Shown: one piece after another, positions 20,663-28,657 of the stretch
Layout: the number at the start of each line of letters is the position of its first letter
How positions within the stretch are numbered: position 1 is the first letter of the stretch
Virus record (IMG/VR): IMGVR_UViG_3300036770_004723
Location: 62,001-126,000 of that record
Reading direction: 5' to 3' (one strand)
Length of the DNA: 64,000 nucleotides
Program-made: the position numbers and the translations under genes
Notes under the pieces: model-generated
The model's input: only the letters and a program-made list of their open reading frames with translations
Database searches by the model: none
Told to the model about the DNA's origin: nothing

Positions 20663-21403
20663 TTAATCCGATTCAGTTAGACCTAATAGTTTTCTACGTG
20701 CTGAAGCATCTTCACCAACAACAGATTTAAAGAAATCTAGATCTTGTTTTACACTATCATATTCAATCTGAATAAGATTACGGTTAGTTGGATCGAACGC
20801 AATCGCCTCTAAAAGATCTGCGTTAGTTTCTCCCCAACCTTTAGCACGGAATACACTTCCCTTAGGTGCATTCTTAGGCAGCTGCTTTAAACATTCCTCA
20901 AATGAATCACCGCTGTAGTGTTTGCCATCAACCAAAGCATTGTACAAACTTGCTTGAACAACAAACAAACGTCCTTCCCGAATGAAATCTGGAAGCAACT
21001 TATAAAACAGTGCAATCAATAGTGTATTGATGTGTGAACCATCTGCGTCAGCATCTGCAAGTAACAAGCAAACTGCTGCACGTAGATTCTTGGTGCTGAA
21101 TGTTGGATTATCTGCTTTAACATCCAAACTTTTTATATCAACACCGAGACTTGCCAAAATATCTTGAATACGATCATTAGAAAGCAACTTAGGTAAACTA
21201 ACGTTTAAAGCATTCGGAATTTTACCACCGAGTTTCAATACTTCTTGATTGTAACCACGCGCATTCTTAGCGGAATTATGAACTACCGCTCCATTACCTA
21301 AACAGAAATTATGATTCTGCGTTACAGTTAGATCGTATACAGGTACAGGATTATCCAGCTTAATAGTCCGGATCGACCTTACCTTTATTGTTGATGGTGT
21401 CAC
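20663..21403 (-). CDS. gyrB: GyrB C-terminal gene: 43-aa C-intein plus 203-aa TOPRIM/tail extein
   Basis: AAAGGGGA SD then GTG at 21403; PVYDLTV..NHNF..NGAVVHN|SAKNAR...LGGKIPN...DADADGSHI...RAKGWGE. Confidence 0.92.
   Translation of the reverse strand: MTPSTIKVRSIRTIKLDNPVPVYDLTVTQNHNFCLGNGAVVHNSAKNARGYNQEVLKLGGKIPNALNVSLPKLLSNDRIQDILASLGVDIKSLDVKADNPTFSTKNLRAAVCLLLADADADGSHINTLLIALFYKLLPDFIREGRLFVVQASLYNALVDGKHYSGDSFEECLKQLPKNAPKGSVFRAKGWGETNADLLEAIAFDPTNRNLIQIEYDSVKQDLDFFKSVVGEDASARRKLLGLTESD
21275..21403 (-). mobile_element. Split intein, C-half (IntC)
   Basis: Blocks F and G, terminal HN followed by Ser+1; no N-terminal intein blocks. Confidence 0.92.
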
Positions 21404-21455
21404 ATGAATCCCCTTTAACAATGATAATTTAGACTTTTAATAAATAGGAGTTTAT

Positions 21456-22661
21456 ATGAACCTAATCAAGCTACATGCACAAGTATTAAAATTTCCAAAA
21501 GAGCTTAAAAAGATTCTGACTATGTTTATATCAAACAGAAACAGACGAGGTTGTAATGCTTTGCTTAATAAGCCTAATTCCAATATAGGTAAATTACTAC
21601 GTGATTCGTTTAAGTCCCCTATAAATAAGATTGCTATTTCAGATCTACATACAGCGTTAACAGGTGAAGCTTCTGCCGTATGTTTAAGAAAAGGATGTAC
21701 AAACAAAACAAATTACTGCTATGCCGACCGCAAATTTCGAGCGTGCTGTTCTAAGAAATGTGCAAACATATCAGGTTATACTCAAGCTAAACGTGAAGAA
21801 GTAATGCTTGATCGTCACGGTGTAAAAAACCCATACCAAATGCCTTCTACTAAGAAGAAAATTGAGGAAACTAATCTCAAAAAATATGGCGTAAAAAATC
21901 CTTCTTCGTCTGAAAAAGTAAAGCTTAAACGTAAGAAAACTTTTCAGGATCGTTATGGTATAAATTCACCAATGGAAAGTTCTGAATTTAAAGACAAACA
22001 AAGAGCCGTACTTTTAGAAAATCATGGTGTAGATAATCCAATGAAGTCTTCTAAAATTCGATCTGAAATGTCAGAAAGATTTAGAATGAAGCATGGTGTA
22101 ACTAATCCAATGCAAGTTCAAGAATTCGTAACTAAATCTCAGAAAAACTACGAATTGGCTTGCATTAAAAAGTATGGAGTACGTAATGCAATGCAGTCTC
22201 CAGAAATTCTTAAAATATGGTCCAGTGCGCAATCAAAAAGAACTGAAATTTCACTATGTGGTACAACACTAAATCTACAAGGCTATGAAGAACATGCGTT
22301 AAATTGTCTTTACCGATCAAAACCTTTCAAGTCAATAACTAATGATCCTACAAAGATGCCTCAGGTCAATTACACAATTAACGGTAAGTCGAGGGTGTAT
22401 CTGCCTGATGCTGCAATCAAAATGTTTGATGAATCTATAAGAGTGATCGAAGTAAAAAGCTGGTACACACTATCAAAAAAAGACAACTACTACAAATTTC
22501 GTGCAGCTACTAAATTTTATAACTCAATAGGTGTCGATTTTATTCTTGTAATCGTAGACGACAAAACAGGCGCATTAAAGATCTTATTTAATCCATATAA
22601 AGGGTTAAGATCTTTAATACGCGCAGCGAAAGTTCTTAGCTCAGGCCGTCGAACTTGGTAA
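21456..22661 (+). CDS. Free-standing putative homing endonuclease, antisense inside fractured gyrB
   Basis: GGAG SD; Cys motifs (CCSKKC), six [KR][YH]G[VI]x[NS][PA] repeats, C-terminal YLPD...VIEVK PD-(D/E)xK domain. Confidence 0.85.
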   Translation: MNLIKLHAQVLKFPKELKKILTMFISNRNRRGCNALLNKPNSNIGKLLRDSFKSPINKIAISDLHTALTGEASAVCLRKGCTNKTNYCYADRKFRACCSKKCANISGYTQAKREEVMLDRHGVKNPYQMPSTKKKIEETNLKKYGVKNPSSSEKVKLKRKKTFQDRYGINSPMESSEFKDKQRAVLLENHGVDNPMKSSKIRSEMSERFRMKHGVTNPMQVQEFVTKSQKNYELACIKKYGVRNAMQSPEILKIWSSAQSKRTEISLCGTTLNLQGYEEHALNCLYRSKPFKSITNDPTKMPQVNYTINGKSRVYLPDAAIKMFDESIRVIEVKSWYTLSKKDNYYKFRAATKFYNSIGVDFILVIVDDKTGALKILFNPYKGLRSLIRAAKVLSSGRRTW

Positions 22662-25600
22662 TGTGATCTTCTACTGTAAGATCTTTTGCTTTAGTATATT
22701 CACTTCCAGTCAACCACAGATGATCTGGTGTACACAGCCAAACACTGTTATCTTCCAAAGTAACCTCAATAAGTTCATCCACGTATTTAGTTATACGTGG
22801 ATGTTCTAGTAGTGATATCTCAAAAGCGTCTTTTTCAATCGAATAGCTAACTCCTTCACAAACAAAACCTCTTTCATACATATATACAAGTTCTTCGAAA
22901 GTAATTGTATTCCCGTTCGACAATTTTACAGGTGTACTTGCAATAAAACAACCTCCCGCAGAATCGCCCTCCACCAAGTATAATTCGCGTTCATGAGGTT
23001 TGCAGTTTGGTGCTTCATAGAGTTTGACAGGTAAACTGCCTTGACTCTTTTTGACCTCGCTCATTCCTTTCATGACTTTTGCAAGATCTTCACGCGAAGC
23101 AGCAACTTCAGATGCACGTTTAATAATTGCTTTTGCCAGACTTTTGTTTTTCTTAAAGAATTCCGTTAAAGGCTCTGTTAAAAGATCCGTAACTTCATTG
23201 TCAATTTTACTTACAAGTTTATCCTTTACCTGTCCGCTAAACTGAGCGCTGTTCATTTTCCAGTTTATTAAGGCAACGGCACCAACATACAAATCATCTG
23301 GTTTAAATGCGCCAGATTTTTTAGGCATATAATCTTTTAAGGCTTTCGACATAGCTGCACGGAAACCTGTTACGTGTGTACCATGATCAACTGTTGGGCT
23401 ACTGTTTACGTAGCTACGAAATAAATCTGTGTCGTGGTAATTGGACCACTGAATAGCTACCTTTAATCTGCCTGAATCGAATTCGAAAGGCTTACCTATA
23501 CCTTCAAGCTCACGATCTTGTAGAATGTTTCCAATTATACCTGATAAACCTTTATCATTGTAAAATTCTTTGATTTTATTTGTTTCAAGATCGTGTAAAG
23601 TCAAAAGAAGTTTAGGGTTCATGGTACTCATGAACTTTAAATAATCTTCAACTATAGTCGGCTGTAAAATAGCCTGAGTGTATGTTTTTAATTTTTTTGT
23701 TCGGTTAGCGTCAACGCTGATCACACTTTGGTCAGGAACAAAGCGAACAATAGATCCTAAACGTTTATACTTTTTCTTGATAGTAGCTAGATAACCAAAT
23801 TGTTTTTTCAGAAAAGAATCAGAAACTTTTTTAACTTCAGTTATTGCTTTACCACAACTAAAGCCTTGGTAATACCATTGATTTTCACGGCAAGTCCAAA
23901 CTTCAAATTCTTTACTTATAGCATTCAGCGCAGAAATCCCGACACCATGAGTATTACCAACAAACACACCACTAGCTAATAAGTAGGTATGATCATTTTC
24001 AACACTCAGCCCGTATACAGGAACCTTGTCAACTTTTTTGATTTCAACAGAAACAACTTTATGGTTACGTTCTTGAGCTAATGATGCAAGTTCTGAATTC
24101 GAAGAACACGAATCAAAATATTTAGCCAATTCAACACCAGTTTCCCAGTTCGGACTGCCAGCTGTACGATTGTTTTCATACCAATCTTTATCTATATGTC
24201 CTACTTCTGACAAGCAAGCATTCAATGTAATCAAAAAACGAGAATACGCAGTTTGTTTACGTCTGTCTGTGTAATCAGAAACTTTTTGTTTGGCTTCTAA
24301 TCTACGTTGTTTGGCTTCAAGCTTAATTCTTCTGTTTTCAGCCTCTACACCAGTATATAGAAACACATCTGGATTAAGTCCGTGAGCAACACAGTCAACA
24401 AAACGTCCAATCGTAATATATTTTAAAACGGAAGCAGCATTTAAAGTTTTAGCTGATTTTAAAATGGCATAAATTTTGTTGAAGTCTAAGTCCAATAATT
24501 CTTCCTGAGTTAATTTTTGATCAAAAACAAAATTCAAAGCTTTACCTACAATTCGTTTTGCAGTCATGAACTCTGAGTTATCAAAAATCATTGAATTGGC
24601 AGATAGACCAACTTCGTAATCTAACGAATCAAAAAATCTCTGGCCAATTTCTTGTTTCTTATCAAGTCGATCTTGGAAATAAGCAACAGTATCTTCTACG
24701 TACTTTCTGAAAGTAGCAGGCTTATCAAAATAATATTTTAAAGTTGACCAGCTAGGAGCGCCATGAAACCTGTTAGCTTCGTAAAGCTCTTTATTAATTC
24801 GTCCAAATTTTACGAGACAACGGCTACCAATTTTAATTGCTTTGCCTGTAACTTGCTTGAATATAAAATCTGGATCTGTATTTAGCTCTGTAAGCATTTC
24901 AGATTTTAAATGAGCAGTTTCTTTTACGAAATCCATCCAAGCAAACCATTTATCAGGATGTTCTTCATAATGTTCTTTCTGTGTAATCGCTTTTAAATTT
25001 TCATAACGATTATCAGTCTTATCTTCGTTTTCGTGGTGAACGTGAAGATTATCAATATCTTCACCGTTATACTCCATGACGAATCTGTGAACACGACCTA
25101 ATTCACGGCTAACTAAATAGCCATCTTTATCTTGTTTAAAATCCAATGATCTCAAGCTCATACCAGCTTTTAGTTTTTGAGCCTGAACTTTCTTTAAACC
25201 TGTTGTGTAGAATGGATGGTCAACTGTACATTCAATTGTTTCACCGTTATCAAGTTCAATAACTGCAAGTTGATCGACATACTTAGTTATTTGGACATTG
25301 TAACAGGCGTTGATTCCGACTTCACCTGTTTTAGGATCTAAACTAAACACATCGAAAGGTTTAGCGTCATCTTCAAAACGTGAATACAATTCTTCAAAAG
25401 TTGGAGTAGTTCCATCAAGCAACCTGACACGAGTTGATCCTACAAAACAGCCACCAGATGTTTCATAAGCACTACTGTCAAATTTGCCTCCAGCATGTAG
25501 CTCAGTCAGGATTAATGTCAATGCACTAATCTTTTTACCGTCGATCAACTTATCGCCTACAGGGATACCTTGCGCACAATCTGCAATAACGTATTCACCT

Positions 25601-25812
25601 ACTTTATTATTATAAGCAACGTAAATAGCATTGTTACGGCCAGCTTCGTATTCGTCACGGCTGTTTTCAACAGGCTCTTTGATAGCCCGAAACATCATGG
25701 CGTCACCTAATTCACCTAAATACATCGCGACATTGCCACGAACTTTATCTAGACCTAAAAGGGCTTTGATGTCATCTTCATTATATGTTTTAGTTTTTAA
25801 CTTTGCCATCAA
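22636..25812 (-). CDS. gyrB: GyrB N-terminal gene: GHKL ATPase and transducer, cis intein, C-terminal N-intein
   Basis: EPVENSRDE, GIPV, LHAGGKF, SGG|THGVG, GTHVTGF, FSGQVK, ELYLVEGDSAGG|C. Confidence 0.94.
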   Translation of the reverse strand: MMAKLKTKTYNEDDIKALLGLDKVRGNVAMYLGELGDAMMFRAIKEPVENSRDEYEAGRNNAIYVAYNNKVGEYVIADCAQGIPVGDKLIDGKKISALTLILTELHAGGKFDSSAYETSGGCFVGSTRVRLLDGTTPTFEELYSRFEDDAKPFDVFSLDPKTGEVGINACYNVQITKYVDQLAVIELDNGETIECTVDHPFYTTGLKKVQAQKLKAGMSLRSLDFKQDKDGYLVSRELGRVHRFVMEYNGEDIDNLHVHHENEDKTDNRYENLKAITQKEHYEEHPDKWFAWMDFVKETAHLKSEMLTELNTDPDFIFKQVTGKAIKIGSRCLVKFGRINKELYEANRFHGAPSWSTLKYYFDKPATFRKYVEDTVAYFQDRLDKKQEIGQRFFDSLDYEVGLSANSMIFDNSEFMTAKRIVGKALNFVFDQKLTQEELLDLDFNKIYAILKSAKTLNAASVLKYITIGRFVDCVAHGLNPDVFLYTGVEAENRRIKLEAKQRRLEAKQKVSDYTDRRKQTAYSRFLITLNACLSEVGHIDKDWYENNRTAGSPNWETGVELAKYFDSCSSNSELASLAQERNHKVVSVEIKKVDKVPVYGLSVENDHTYLLASGVFVGNTHGVGISALNAISKEFEVWTCRENQWYYQGFSCGKAITEVKKVSDSFLKKQFGYLATIKKKYKRLGSIVRFVPDQSVISVDANRTKKLKTYTQAILQPTIVEDYLKFMSTMNPKLLLTLHDLETNKIKEFYNDKGLSGIIGNILQDRELEGIGKPFEFDSGRLKVAIQWSNYHDTDLFRSYVNSSPTVDHGTHVTGFRAAMSKALKDYMPKKSGAFKPDDLYVGAVALINWKMNSAQFSGQVKDKLVSKIDNEVTDLLTEPLTEFFKKNKSLAKAIIKRASEVAASREDLAKVMKGMSEVKKSQGSLPVKLYEAPNCKPHERELYLVEGDSAGGCFIASTPVKLSNGNTITFEELVYMYERGFVCEGVSYSIEKDAFEISLLEHPRITKYVDELIEVTLEDNSVWLCTPDHLWLTGSEYTKAKDLTVEDHITKFDGLS
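22639..22950 (-). mobile_element. Split intein, N-half (IntN, 104 aa)
   Basis: DSAGG|CFIASTPV...CTPDHLWLT...AKDLTVEDHI then stop; blocks A and B only. Confidence 0.92.
23953..25449 (-). mobile_element. GyrB cis intein (499 aa, HNH) in the ATP lid
   Basis: SGG|CFVGST...CTVDHPF...HVHHENEDKTDNRYEN...VFVGN|T. Confidence 0.92.
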
Positions 25813-25814
25813 GG

Positions 25815-26174
25815 TTAACCTTCTATAAATCTTTCACTGAGAATTCTAATGCAAGTCTGTGTGACTATTTCATTTTTTTCTGGAAGAATATTTGAATTCA
25901 AATTCAAAACAAGTTCAGCATATTCTTTTAATATATCAGGATCAGTAATATCATTTATGGCTATTTCTGAAAAATTACTATCCATTGCTGTTACTTTAAA
26001 CAGCATTTTAGAATTAAGGCCATCACCATTTAAAGTAATAAGGAAAAAACAAGAATTTCTTTTTACTACACGAAAAATTTCCTTTTTTAATTCTTCGATA
26101 AGTTCTATGTGTTTACTTATAAAACTATGTGCTTCCAGTTCGGCAGCTTTGACCTTTCCTATTAACCAAGACAT
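25815..26174 (-). CDS. Hypothetical protein
   Basis: Coupled ORF. Confidence 0.6.
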   Translation of the reverse strand: MSWLIGKVKAAELEAHSFISKHIELIEELKKEIFRVVKRNSCFFLITLNGDGLNSKMLFKVTAMDSNFSEIAINDITDPDILKEYAELVLNLNSNILPEKNEIVTQTCIRILSERFIEG

Positions 26175-26584
26175 ATATTTTTGCCTATACGAGAAATAAG
26201 GTTTTTAGTTTTTTGTGTTACGTCGTTAATTATTTTTTCAGCGTTGTATCCACCGTCCTCAAGTCTTTTTACTAAAGGATTAAGAATATCTATAGCCGCT
26301 AAGAATCCGTTTTGTTTTTGTTCTAAAAGGGATAACTCAAGAGCGTAGGTAGATACAACAAATTCATGGTAGCATTTATCTTCTGGATCTAAATTAGATC
26401 CATTTATTAATCTAATAGATTTTAGATTATCTTGATTTAGACGAAAGATTGCTTTCTCTGTTTCTAGCAGATTAAGTTTATTTAAAAGTAAATGGTTTGA
26501 TAGAGTGGAGTAAATAGAGGAAATTTCCATAGAAGAGTTCAATATACAGTCTATATCATTAGAAAGCCCTAACAAATTTTCCAT
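26162..26584 (-). CDS. Hypothetical protein
   Basis: GGGAG SD. Confidence 0.65.
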   Translation of the reverse strand: MENLLGLSNDIDCILNSSMEISSIYSTLSNHLLLNKLNLLETEKAIFRLNQDNLKSIRLINGSNLDPEDKCYHEFVVSTYALELSLLEQKQNGFLAAIDILNPLVKRLEDGGYNAEKIINDVTQKTKNLISRIGKNICLG

Positions 26585-26616
26585 AATTTTTCTCCCGAAA
26601 AAAGATTAGTACAAGC

Positions 26617-26654
26617 ACAAATAGCCAGTAAATTCGAATTTACTGGCTATTTGT
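26617..26654. terminator. 38-bp perfect palindrome after the H1-like gene
   Basis: ACAAATAGCCAGTAAATTC-GAATTTACTGGCTATTTGT. Confidence 0.6.
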
Positions 26655-26662
26655 TTTATAGA

Positions 26663-27097
26663 TTAATTATCAAAAGCGAATTCGTTTGATTTCTTTTTTG
26701 ATTTTTTATCGGCCTTTGGATCGGCTTTTTTGTCGGCTTTTTTGTCGGCTTTTTTGTCAGCTTTAGCTGGAGCTTTCTTGTCAGCTACTTTTTTATCAGC
26801 AGCTTTCTTGTCAGCTTTAGCTGGAGCTTTTTTGTCAGCTTTAGCTGGAGCTTTTTTGTCAGCTTTAGCTGGAGCTTTTTTGTCGGCTACTTTTTTATCA
26901 GCAGCTTTTTTATCGCCTTTTGCTGGAGCAGCAACAACGCCAGCTAAAGAATCGGCTTGCAGTTTTGTAGCAGCAGCCAAAGCGTCAGCTTGATCAGCTT
27001 GTTTAGCCAATGCTTCGGCTTGTTTACGTAAAGCAGCTGCTTGTTTAGAAGAAGCGTTCGCAGATTTATTTAAGGCAGAAATGGCTTGTTTACTCAT
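26663..27097 (-). CDS. Histone H1-like Lys/Ala-rich protein
   Basis: N-terminal Ala-rich coiled coil, tandem KKAPAKAD repeats. Confidence 0.8.
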   Translation of the reverse strand: MSKQAISALNKSANASSKQAAALRKQAEALAKQADQADALAAATKLQADSLAGVVAAPAKGDKKAADKKVADKKAPAKADKKAPAKADKKAPAKADKKAADKKVADKKAPAKADKKADKKADKKADPKADKKSKKKSNEFAFDN

Positions 27098-27183
27098 GAT
27101 GTTTTTCTCAATTTTAATTTTAAATAAAAGGTAGGCTAACTTTAGCCTACCACAAAAAGATTAATTACGGATTGAATGGTAGA

Positions 27184-27930
27184 TTATTCTTCTTCTGACC
27201 ATTCTTCCTCTTCTTCATCTTCATCTTCATCTTCGTCAGATGAATAATTTTCTTCTAACCACCCACGAAGTTTATCTTCTGTCTTCAAGTATTTCGCCGG
27301 TACTTCAAGATCATTGTCTTTTACAAACTTTTTCAGTTCTTTTAAATCCATTTCGTCGAAGTCAGGAGCGTCATCTTCCTCTTCCTCTTCTTCGTCTTCA
27401 TCTTCGTCAGATGAATAATTTTCTTGCAAGAATTCACGAAGATCATCTTCGCTTTTTACTTTCTTAGGAACTTCAATATCATTATCTTTCGCAAACTTTT
27501 TCAGTTCCTTGAGGTTCATTTCGTCGAAGTCAGGAGCGTCATCTTCCTCTTCCTCTTCTTCGTCTTCGTCTTCATCCGAAGCAAATTCTTCTTGTAAGAA
27601 TTCACGTAAGGCGTCTTCGGTTTTTGCTTTCTTTGGAATTTCGATTTCGTTATCTTTACAGAATTTCTTCATTTCCTTGAGGTTCATTTCGTCGAAGTCA
27701 GGAACTTCCTCTTCCTCTTCTTCGTCTTCATCTGAATCTTCCTCTTCTTCCTCTTCCTCTTCTTCCTCTTCGTCTTTCTTTTTCTTTGACTTAGAAGGTG
27801 TACCTGAAGATCCAATTACAGCAGAAACTTCAGCAGAAGTAACAGCACCTTCTTCAATTGCTACGCCTAAAAGTTCCAATAAAGCCGATGCAACTGTTTT
27901 GCCTGAAGATGCTTTTGATTTTTTAGCCAT
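27184..27930 (-). CDS. Hyper-acidic protein with three HeH/Rho-N/SAP-like repeats
   Basis: 3x PDFDEM[ND]LKE[ML]KKFxKDNxxE[IV]P...EDxLR separated by poly-E/D. Confidence 0.85.
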   Translation of the reverse strand: MAKKSKASSGKTVASALLELLGVAIEEGAVTSAEVSAVIGSSGTPSKSKKKKDEEEEEEEEEEEDSDEDEEEEEEVPDFDEMNLKEMKKFCKDNEIEIPKKAKTEDALREFLQEEFASDEDEDEEEEEEDDAPDFDEMNLKELKKFAKDNDIEVPKKVKSEDDLREFLQENYSSDEDEDEEEEEEDDAPDFDEMDLKELKKFVKDNDLEVPAKYLKTEDKLRGWLEENYSSDEDEDEDEEEEEWSEEE

Positions 27931-28037
27931 TTTTAGTTTTCCCTTATTACTTTGAATTTGAGAGATTAATCGAGAGTTTTTAAAGAGTAGGTTTTGTTCC
28001 CTACTCTATTAGATTTACAGTTTTGAAATTGTAGAAC

Positions 28038-28535
28038 TTAATCTGCTAAAGACGTTTCTAAAACGAAACCTTGCTTGTTATTGTTGTTGAATACTGTGGT
28101 ATCGCCAGTAGCTGAATTTGTAATTACAACTGAATCGCCTTTGATTGTAATACGTGCGCGTTTACATTCAAACATAACATCACGTTGAATTACAGTCATT
28201 TTCACATTTTCACCTACAGCGCCAGTAAAGAACATAACATCATCTGCTTTAATTAAGCTGACGGTGTTTTTTGATGATCTAGGCTTTAAGTGGGCAACTT
28301 GGAAAATATTCCCATCAGCAGACAATAAACGACCTAATAATTCAACAGGTGCGTGTGCTACAATACGAACAGCAAATTCCGTTTTAGGATCTGCTTTTTT
28401 GGTTGTGATCTTAGAAAGCTTACCTTCGTACTTTTCAAGCATACCGCCTGAAACGTTTTTCTTTGCAACTACTTTTTTACCGGCCGCTTTAACAGCTACA
28501 TTAGGTTTAACACTTGGGCGTTTATTATTAGACAT
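28038..28535 (-). CDS. Hypothetical beta-rich protein with basic N-tail
   Basis: ORF with its own promoter motif and terminator. Confidence 0.75.
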   Translation of the reverse strand: MSNNKRPSVKPNVAVKAAGKKVVAKKNVSGGMLEKYEGKLSKITTKKADPKTEFAVRIVAHAPVELLGRLLSADGNIFQVAHLKPRSSKNTVSLIKADDVMFFTGAVGENVKMTVIQRDVMFECKRARITIKGDSVVITNSATGDTTVFNNNNKQGFVLETSLAD

Positions 28536-28657
28536 ACACTTACCTTCTTTGTTTGTTTATTAACAGTGTTATTAGATTATCAAGTTCAGGCCGGAAAATA
28601 AAAAATCGACCTGAACTTTAATCTTAACCATTATTTACAGTTTTGTACCACGCACGA

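Noticed and set aside
21404-22638. Group I/II intron or simple inactivating insertion in gyrB
   Set aside because: The interval is almost entirely the antisense ORF, leaving no room for a ribozyme core; both intein halves are intact and the downstream half has its own SD.
26730-27955. Plus-strand repeat ORFs (SAFLSA, poly-Ser)
   Set aside because: Antisense shadows of low-complexity minus-strand genes; the same applies to most short plus-strand ORFs in the track.
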